Part shown: in pieces, positions 27,633-33,218 of the stretch | How positions within the stretch are numbered: position 1 is the first letter of the stretch | Layout: every line of letters starts with the position of its first letter | Source: an uncultured Roseibacillus sp. | GTDB taxonomy: Bacteria > Verrucomicrobiota > Verrucomicrobiia > Verrucomicrobiales > Akkermansiaceae | NCBI GenBank assembly: GCA_963935445.1 | Contig: CAWWCX010000001.1 | Location: forward strand, 1-33,218 | Length of the DNA: 33,218 bases | Direction: 5' to 3' | The notes under the pieces: generated by a model | What the model was told of the DNA's origin: nothing | Seen by the model: only the letters and a program-made list of their open reading frames with translations | The model's database searches: none | Translations under genes and position numbers: made by a program

Positions 27633-27827
27633 ATGAATGTTGAGTCCATCCAGCTAGCCTGCACGACCTGCGCGAACGCTTTCAAGGAAGGCGGAGGTGA
27701 TGCCGCCGGCTGGTCCATCCTCTTCATGCTGGCGATGATTGTTCCTGTCCTGGGGGCTACGGGCGTCTGCATGATCCGGATCGTGCGCCGTGAGCGGGAA
27801 GCACTCGATCCCAAGTACGCTGATTAA
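27633..27827 (+). CDS. Small single-TM protein (64 aa) with N-terminal CxxC motif, function unknown
   Basis: ACTTCANAFKEGGGDAAGWSILFMLAMIVPVLGATGVCMI, then a basic stretch RIVRRERE. Packed 21 nt after the previous ORF and 45 nt before coxII. Confidence 0.55.
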   Translation: MNVESIQLACTTCANAFKEGGGDAAGWSILFMLAMIVPVLGATGVCMIRIVRREREALDPKYAD

Positions 27828-27872
27828 GAACGGCCCCCGATTTCCTCTCACTCCTTTAATCACGAATCAGTC

Positions 27873-28745
27873 ATGGACCTCCTCTTCTCCTCCACTCTCC
27901 TCGACTACATGGGCATGCCGGAGAACTACGCGGAACATGGAGGCAGTGTGGACCACATGATCGAGATCGTGCACTGGTTCATGATCGCACTCTTCGTGGG
28001 CTGGACCTCCTTCTTCCTGTTTGCCTGCTGGAGATTCTGGCAGCGGCGTCAGGCGAAGGCGTCCTACCATGGAGTGCGGAACCACGTGACAACCCACCTT
28101 GAGATCGGGGTAGCAATCTTCGAGGGAGTGCTGCTTCTTGGTTTCGCTTTCCCGCTCTGGGCGGAGCGGACCGATCGATTTGAAGACATCCAGGCCCAGG
28201 ACCCTGTCCGTGTCAGGGTGATCGGCTATCAGTTCGCGTGGAGCTACCATTACCCGGGGGCGGATGGAAAGTTCGGCCGGATCGACCGGCATCTCGTCCA
28301 GAAGCCGGGGGATGCATGCATCGACCCGGAGGATCCCAATGGCTGGGATGACTTTGTCTCACCCATCCTCAAGATTCCGGTCGGAGAGCCCTGCATCCTG
28401 CAGGTGACCTCCACAGACGTGATTCACGGTTACGCGATCGTGCCGATGCGGATCCAGCAGGATGCCATCCCGGGAACGGACATTCCGATGTGGTTCCGTC
28501 CCTTGAAGGAGCTGGAGACCAGCGTGGTGTGTGCCCAGCTGTGCGGGGAGCAGCACGGGGACATGGTCGGAATCATGCAGGTGGTCAGCAAGGGTGCCTT
28601 CACCTCATGGTCGGAGGAGCAGAGCAGCGCGGCCTACGACCGGAACTCGAAAGCCGCCGCAGCGGTTGAAGAAGTCGCCGGCGGGGCAGAAGACGTTGAA
28701 GGGGGTGCTGCCGCAGCTCCCGATACCCTGCCAGCGGGTGGTTAG
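27873..28745 (+). CDS. ctaC: Cytochrome c oxidase subunit II (CuA cupredoxin, no fused cytochrome c domain)
   Basis: Two N-terminal TM helices. CuA ligand pattern DVIHGYAIVPMRIQQDAIPG ... CAQLCGEQHGDM (H, C-x3-C-x3-H-x2-M). Low-complexity Ala/Gly/Glu C-tail and no CxxCH. Confidence 0.9.
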   Translation: MDLLFSSTLLDYMGMPENYAEHGGSVDHMIEIVHWFMIALFVGWTSFFLFACWRFWQRRQAKASYHGVRNHVTTHLEIGVAIFEGVLLLGFAFPLWAERTDRFEDIQAQDPVRVRVIGYQFAWSYHYPGADGKFGRIDRHLVQKPGDACIDPEDPNGWDDFVSPILKIPVGEPCILQVTSTDVIHGYAIVPMRIQQDAIPGTDIPMWFRPLKELETSVVCAQLCGEQHGDMVGIMQVVSKGAFTSWSEEQSSAAYDRNSKAAAAVEEVAGGAEDVEGGAAAAPDTLPAGG

Positions 28746-28782
28746 AGGGCCCCGGTAACCGGTTGTCCGCCCAAGCCGAACA

Positions 28783-28808
28783 GGGATCGCGGACGCGGTC
28801 CCTTTTTT
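28783..28808 (+). terminator. Rho-independent terminator closing the respiratory operon
   Basis: GGGATCGC-ggac-GCGGTCCC (8-bp GC-rich stem including one G-U pair) followed directly by TTTTTT, 38 nt after the ctaC stop. Confidence 0.8.
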
Positions 28809-28869
28809 GGGTTAGTGGAAAGGGGAGAAAAGAGTGTTCAAAGGAACAATCCTGCTCTGAATTAGAGGA

Positions 28870-29556
28870 ATGCTCATCCGGGACTTGCCCGAACAGAAAC
28901 GTCCGCGGGAAAAGATGATCAGCGAGGGGGCCGGGTCCCTGACGGATGCGGAGCTCCTCGCCATCTTCCTGCGGGTGGGCGTGAAGGGAGAGAGCGCGAT
29001 TGCGGTCGGGCAGCGCCTGCTGGCGACTCATGGAGGACTGGCCGCACTCGGTGCGCTCGATATCGCGCAACTGACCCAGGAGCATGGCCTCGGCCAGGCC
29101 AAGGCTGCCCAGCTCGCGGCCGCGTTTGAGCTGGGGGCCCGGGTCGCGCGGGAAAAGGCGCCCCTTCGCCAGCTTGATTGTCCCCGGGCCGCCTTGGAGG
29201 TGTTCGGACCACAGCTGCGGCATCTCGCCCATGAAACCCTTCGCGTGGCACTTCTTGATACCCGCCTGCAGGCGACTCGCTTCCTCACGCTCTCGGAGGG
29301 TAATCTCAATGCGACGGTTGCTCATCCCAGGGACATTCTGCACCCTGTCATCCTGCACCGGGCTTATGGCTTTCTTCTCGTGCATAATCACCCCTCGGGA
29401 GACCCGTCGCCGAGCAGGGCTGACCGCGAACTGACCCGGCGTGTGGCGGCGGCAGCGTCACTCCTGCAGGTGGAGTTTCTTGATCACCTCATTATCGGAA
29501 AGGCATCGGAACGTAACGAAGGCTACTTTTCGTTCCGGGACAGTGGTCTGCTCTGA
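28870..29556 (+). CDS. radC: RadC-family JAB/MPN-domain protein
   Basis: N-terminal LPEQKRPREKMISEGAGSLTDAELLAIFLRVG (HhH region) and C-terminal JAMM motif LVHNHPSGDPSPSRADRELTRR. Confidence 0.92.
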   Translation: MLIRDLPEQKRPREKMISEGAGSLTDAELLAIFLRVGVKGESAIAVGQRLLATHGGLAALGALDIAQLTQEHGLGQAKAAQLAAAFELGARVAREKAPLRQLDCPRAALEVFGPQLRHLAHETLRVALLDTRLQATRFLTLSEGNLNATVAHPRDILHPVILHRAYGFLLVHNHPSGDPSPSRADRELTRRVAAAASLLQVEFLDHLIIGKASERNEGYFSFRDSGLL

Positions 29557-29594
29557 GAGGAGGTCGCGGTCCCGGCGCGGGACGGAGGCTCCTC
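29557..29594. repeat. Nested GC-rich inverted repeat between convergent radC and the ABC permease gene, a possible bidirectional or factor-dependent terminator
   Basis: GAGGAG...GTCCCG-gcg-CGGGAC...CTCCTC starts right after the radC stop. There is no U-tract on either strand, so terminator function is uncertain. Confidence 0.3.
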
Positions 29595-29737
29595 AGGAGG
29601 ACGGGCGGGTGGATGTCTGGCCCCATCAGCCTCGGGGAACGGTCCAGCTCATGAGAGGGAGCGGCGAAGGGAGCGAGCCGGCGAGGATCAAGCGACGGGC
29701 CGCCCTGATTCCTGTTCTTGATGTCCGGCGAGGCGGT

Positions 29738-30724
29738 TCAGTCCTTGGCTGCCTTCGGATCGAGGGCATCCCGCAGTCCATCGCCGAGGAAGTTCAGGGC
29801 GAAGAGGGTCAGGGTGAAGAACAGGCCTGGCAGGATAAGCAACTGGGGATTGGTCTCCAGGTAGTTGGCGCCCTCTTTGATCAGAATGCCCCAGGAACTG
29901 TTGGGTGATTCCACCCCGAGTCCCAGATAGGAAAGGGTTGCCTCATACATGATGAAGCCTGGCACGGTGAGGGTCGCATAGACCACGGTTGGCCCGAGGG
30001 TGTTTGGAATGATGTGACGGAAGAGGACCCGGAGCCTGGACAGGCCAAGCGAGGTGGCGGCCTCGACAAACTCCCGCTCCTTGAGACTGAGTACCTGGGC
30101 GCGGACAATACGGGCAAGGGTAAGCCAGCCGAAGAGGCCAAGCGCGAAGAAGAGCGGCAGGACATTGGTGGCCCTGTTGGTGAATTCCTTGTTCCAGTTC
30201 CAGGTTTCAACAATCCATTTCGAAGTGCTCGAGGAAAACTCCGCAAGGACAGCCTGAAGAACGATTACAACCATCAGGAAAGGAATGGATAGCAGGGTAT
30301 CAACCGCCCGCATCATGAGGGCGTCAACCCGGCCCCCGTAGAAGCCGGAAATGGCTCCGTAGGTGACGCCAATGGTCACAGCCACAAAGGTGGCAACGAG
30401 GCCGACAAGGATGGATACCTGGCCACCGTAGAGAATCCGGGAAAACAGGTCTCGTCCCATCGCATCGGTTCCGAACCAATGTTGCGCGGAGGGAGAGGCG
30501 AACTTGTTGGTCAAATCCTGCTGGATCGGGTCCTTGCAGAACCATGCAAAAACGAAGCAGAGCAGACAGGTGACGATGAAGACGACCAGGCTCGCGACGG
30601 CCACCTTGTTCTTTCCCATGCGAACCCAGGCATCCCGCCATAGTGACGAACCGCGCTCCGCCGGTAGCGGCGCGTTCCCGGTTTGGCTGTCTGCGCTGTC
30701 AGCGCCCTGGTTGTCGGGGGTCAT
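29738..30724 (-). CDS. ABC transporter permease, OppC/DppC type
   Basis: 328 aa. Has an OppC-like N-terminal segment, six TM helices and the EAA-loop region (FVEAATSLGLSRLRVLFRHIIPN). Confidence 0.9.
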   Translation of the reverse strand: MTPDNQGADSADSQTGNAPLPAERGSSLWRDAWVRMGKNKVAVASLVVFIVTCLLCFVFAWFCKDPIQQDLTNKFASPSAQHWFGTDAMGRDLFSRILYGGQVSILVGLVATFVAVTIGVTYGAISGFYGGRVDALMMRAVDTLLSIPFLMVVIVLQAVLAEFSSSTSKWIVETWNWNKEFTNRATNVLPLFFALGLFGWLTLARIVRAQVLSLKEREFVEAATSLGLSRLRVLFRHIIPNTLGPTVVYATLTVPGFIMYEATLSYLGLGVESPNSSWGILIKEGANYLETNPQLLILPGLFFTLTLFALNFLGDGLRDALDPKAAKD

Positions 30725-30727
30725 TAT

Positions 30728-31666
30728 TTATTTGGAAGAGTCTCCGGTAATACGCACGCGCGGGTCCAGCATGCCGGTCAGCAGGTCAGCGGCAAGATTC
30801 ATGACCACAATCAAGAATCCAAAGAAGAGCGCCACGCCCAGCAGGAGGAACTCGTCTCGTGAGATGACGGCATTGACAAAATGCTGCCCCATGCCGGGAA
30901 CCTGAAAGATGGTTTCGACGATGAATGATCCACTGATCAGTGCTGCGAAAGCAGGCCCGATAAAGGCAACAGAGGGCAGGATTCCCCCGCGCAGGGCATG
31001 GCGGATGATCACCTTGCTGACAGGAATTCCCTTTGCGTGCGCCGTGCGGACGTAGTCCTGGGACAGGATCTCGAGCATGCCTCCGCGGGTCAGGCGGGCG
31101 AGGTAGGCTGCCGTGGCCAGTCCCAGGGTGATGGCTGGAAGCAGGATGTCCTGCGGGTTGCCCCAGCCGGCCACCTTGATGCCGGGAAGATTGGCGGCAA
31201 TCGAGATTTGCAGCAGGGGGCCAATGGTAAATGCCGGGACACAGATCCCGATCATCGCCACGCTCATGGAGCCCCAGTCCACCCAGCTGTTTTTGCGTAC
31301 AGCGGAGATGACGCCGATTGGAACGCCTATGCAGATGGCGATACCGAGAGCGCTCAGGCCAAGGATCACGGACACCTTGAAAGACTGGGAGATGATATCC
31401 TTGACCGGTCGCCCCTTGCTGGTGGAGACCGCCAGTGAACCCTCGGTGATGATATTTTTCGGGTAGATGAGATATTGCTGAAGAAGCGGTTTATCGAGGC
31501 CGTAGAGGGCTCGCTGGTAGGCCTTGGACTCCTCGGAAAGATTCTTCTCCGTGGTAAAGGGCTCTCCCGGCATGGCCTTGGCCAGAAAGAATGTAATCGT
31601 GTAGAGGGCGAAGAGCACAAACAGGCCCTGCAACAGTCGGCTGGCAATAAAACGAAGCATCTGCAA
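30728..31666 (-). CDS. ABC transporter permease, OppB/DppB type
   Basis: 312 aa. N-terminus MLRFIASRLLQGLFVLFALYTITFFL and EAA loop DYVRTAHAKGIPVSKVIIRHALR. Lies 3 nt upstream of the OppC-type gene. Confidence 0.9.
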   Translation of the reverse strand: MQMLRFIASRLLQGLFVLFALYTITFFLAKAMPGEPFTTEKNLSEESKAYQRALYGLDKPLLQQYLIYPKNIITEGSLAVSTSKGRPVKDIISQSFKVSVILGLSALGIAICIGVPIGVISAVRKNSWVDWGSMSVAMIGICVPAFTIGPLLQISIAANLPGIKVAGWGNPQDILLPAITLGLATAAYLARLTRGGMLEILSQDYVRTAHAKGIPVSKVIIRHALRGGILPSVAFIGPAFAALISGSFIVETIFQVPGMGQHFVNAVISRDEFLLLGVALFFGFLIVVMNLAADLLTGMLDPRVRITGDSSK

Positions 31667-31676
31667 AGGGGGTCTG

Positions 31677-33218
31677 TTAGTTGCCCGCGCTACGCTCGAG
31701 GCGGAGGAACTTGTAAGGGTGGTTGTCGAGGATCAGAGGGTCCCAACCCTTGACGTCGGGGTGAATGAGATAGTTCCGCGTATACCAGTAGAGGGGAAGG
31801 ATGGGGCTCTCGGAGAGGAACAGGGCCTCGGCCTCCTCCAGGATCCGGTAGCGGGCCTGCGGGTCTCCCGTGTTGCCGGCCTTTTTCAAAAGCGCTTCGA
31901 AGTCTTCATTATGCCAGCCGGTCCGGTTGTTTCCACCGTCTTTCATCCACATGTCCAGAAACGTCAGGGGATCAAGGTAATCACCGATCCAGCCCCCGGC
32001 AGCGAGGCCGTAATCCTTTTCGAACATGGTGGTGATGTAGGAGGTCCATTCCATTTGCCTGATCCTGATGCTGACCCCGAGGTTGTCCTTCCACATCGCC
32101 TGCAGAGCCTCGGCCATGGCCTTGGAGGTTTCCTTGTCGGTGGTGAGAAACTCAATTTCGGGCATGCCCTGCCCGCCGGGGTAACCGGCCTCGGCAAGCA
32201 AGCGGCGGGCTTCTTCCGGGTCGAACCCGACAGTCTTGGCAGGGCGGTATTCTCCAAAAGGTGGAACCAGGCCTCCGGCTGGTTTCTGGCCTCCTTTGAG
32301 GACGTTGGTGATCAGGGACTGCTGGTCAACCGCCTTTGAGAAGGCGATGCGGACCCGCGGGTCGGTAAAGGGCTCCCGGGTGACATTGGACCTGATAAAG
32401 TAGGTGCCGAGGTAAAGTTCGTTACGGACCTGGTCCGGATAGCGCTCCCGCGCATATTCAATCAACTCCGGGGCCAGGGTGTAGGTGATGTGCATCTGAC
32501 CGTCGAAGTACATCCGGTCCTCGGTGTAGAGGTTTGAGATGGGCAGGTAACGGATACCGTTGATGCCAACGTTGGCGCTGTCCCAGTAGCGGGGATTCCG
32601 TTCAACCTGGATATGGTCATTGAACTTCCAGGAGGTAAGAATAAAGGCCCCGTTGCTCACGATATTCTGGGGTTTGGTCCAGTCGGTGAAGCGATCTCCG
32701 ATCCTGCCGTGTTCGAGAATGCTGTGCTTGGGGACCGGATACCAGGTGTAGTGCTTGGTGATCTCGGGGAGGAAAGCGATCGGGGAGTTGAGCTTCACCT
32801 TCAGGGTGTGGGGATCGGGGGCGGTGGCTCCAAAATCAATCAGCTCCCAGAGATCCTTTCCGCTTTCTGCGAATTCGAGATTTTTTTGAATCAGGATTTC
32901 ACGCACCTCGGGGCTCACTTCATCCGGCCATTCGAAGAGCTCCGGTTTTGACTGCAGTTTCCTGATCTGTTCCGCCTTGAGGTGATCGAGTCCCTTTTGG
33001 TTGAATTCCGTGTCTCCTTTTTCATTCGGACCGAAGTCGACTTTTTTCAGGGTCTCCCATTCCACCGGGAAGGATTCATCCTTGCGGCAGGTGAGGTAGG
33101 AGCGCTGCGACTTGTGGTAGGGTTCCGCATCCCTGATATAATAGAGCATGAAAGAGTAATCCGAGGCCAGTGACGGGCTGAGGATACGCCGGAAGGAGAA
33201 CAGGAAATCCTCGGCAGT
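31677..33218 (-). CDS. ABC transporter substrate-binding protein, family 5 (peptide/nickel/oligosaccharide type), 5'-truncated by the window edge
   Basis: The reading frame stays open upstream of the track's first Met to position 33218 (...TAEDFLFSFRRILSPSLASDYSFMLYYIRDAEPY...), which is the conserved family-5 SBP motif region. The signal peptide lies outside the window. Confidence 0.88.
   Translation of the reverse strand, partial: TAEDFLFSFRRILSPSLASDYSFMLYYIRDAEPYHKSQRSYLTCRKDESFPVEWETLKKVDFGPNEKGDTEFNQKGLDHLKAEQIRKLQSKPELFEWPDEVSPEVREILIQKNLEFAESGKDLWELIDFGATAPDPHTLKVKLNSPIAFLPEITKHYTWYPVPKHSILEHGRIGDRFTDWTKPQNIVSNGAFILTSWKFNDHIQVERNPRYWDSANVGINGIRYLPISNLYTEDRMYFDGQMHITYTLAPELIEYARERYPDQVRNELYLGTYFIRSNVTREPFTDPRVRIAFSKAVDQQSLITNVLKGGQKPAGGLVPPFGEYRPAKTVGFDPEEARRLLAEAGYPGGQGMPEIEFLTTDKETSKAMAEALQAMWKDNLGVSIRIRQMEWTSYITTMFEKDYGLAAGGWIGDYLDPLTFLDMWMKDGGNNRTGWHNEDFEALLKKAGNTGDPQARYRILEEAEALFLSESPILPLYWYTRNYLIHPDVKGWDPLILDNHPYKFLRLERSAGN

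Noticed and set aside
29441-29908. 155-aa + strand ORF spanning the radC 3' end, the intergenic region and the OppC-type gene.
   Set aside because: It overlaps two well-supported genes, and the translation is Arg/Gly-rich without motifs.
1-33218. Scan by eye for CRISPR arrays, tRNA or rRNA genes, transposases or integrases, and long direct repeats.
   Set aside because: No regularly spaced repeats, no cloverleaf-type or rRNA-like conserved segments and no recombinase-like ORFs were seen. The only notable repeats are the short palindromes and the His/Asp-coding tandem reported above.

Overview
GC-rich 33.2-kb chromosomal window. The gene content suggests the PVC superphylum, most like Verrucomicrobiota/Opitutae: xylose-isomerase-like TIM barrel, Gfo/Idh/MocA and ThuA proteins, alternative complex III, and membrane-anchored monohaem cytochromes c with an RNSFGN motif. 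This is a taxonomic guess that cannot be verified here. Layout: (1) 1-1580 holds a solo Phd/YefM-type antitoxin with a palindromic operator candidate, plus an acidic membrane-anchored hypothetical protein. (2) 1647-10394 is a sugar block: a PAS-AraC regulator divergent from xylA, a eukaryote-type xylulokinase, a TIM-barrel isomerase/epimerase, two Gfo/Idh/MocA oxidoreductases and an exported ThuA-like protein, closed by a terminator. (3) 10671-28808 is one 16-gene, same-strand, tightly packed respiratory super-operon. It is preceded by two perfect CRP/FNR-type palindromes and closed by a strong terminator. Gene order is actABCDEF (alternative complex III), cytochrome c, CcoN-like, CcoO-like, cytochrome c, A-type oxidase subunits I, III and IV, two small membrane ORFs, then subunit II. 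(4) radC, then a convergent Opp/Dpp-type ABC importer whose binding-protein gene is 5'-truncated by the window edge. No tRNA, rRNA, CRISPR array, transposase or integrase was recognised. The most interesting signals are all in the respiratory operon. An intact CcoN homologue lacks every CuB and high-spin haem ligand, a catalytically dead cbb3 module sitting between ACIII and the aa3 oxidase. Its CcoO-like partner may have an altered axial haem ligand. Oxidase subunit III carries a roughly 470-aa hydrophilic insertion. The twin TTGTGAAA-N2-TTTCACAA operators lie upstream of the whole operon.
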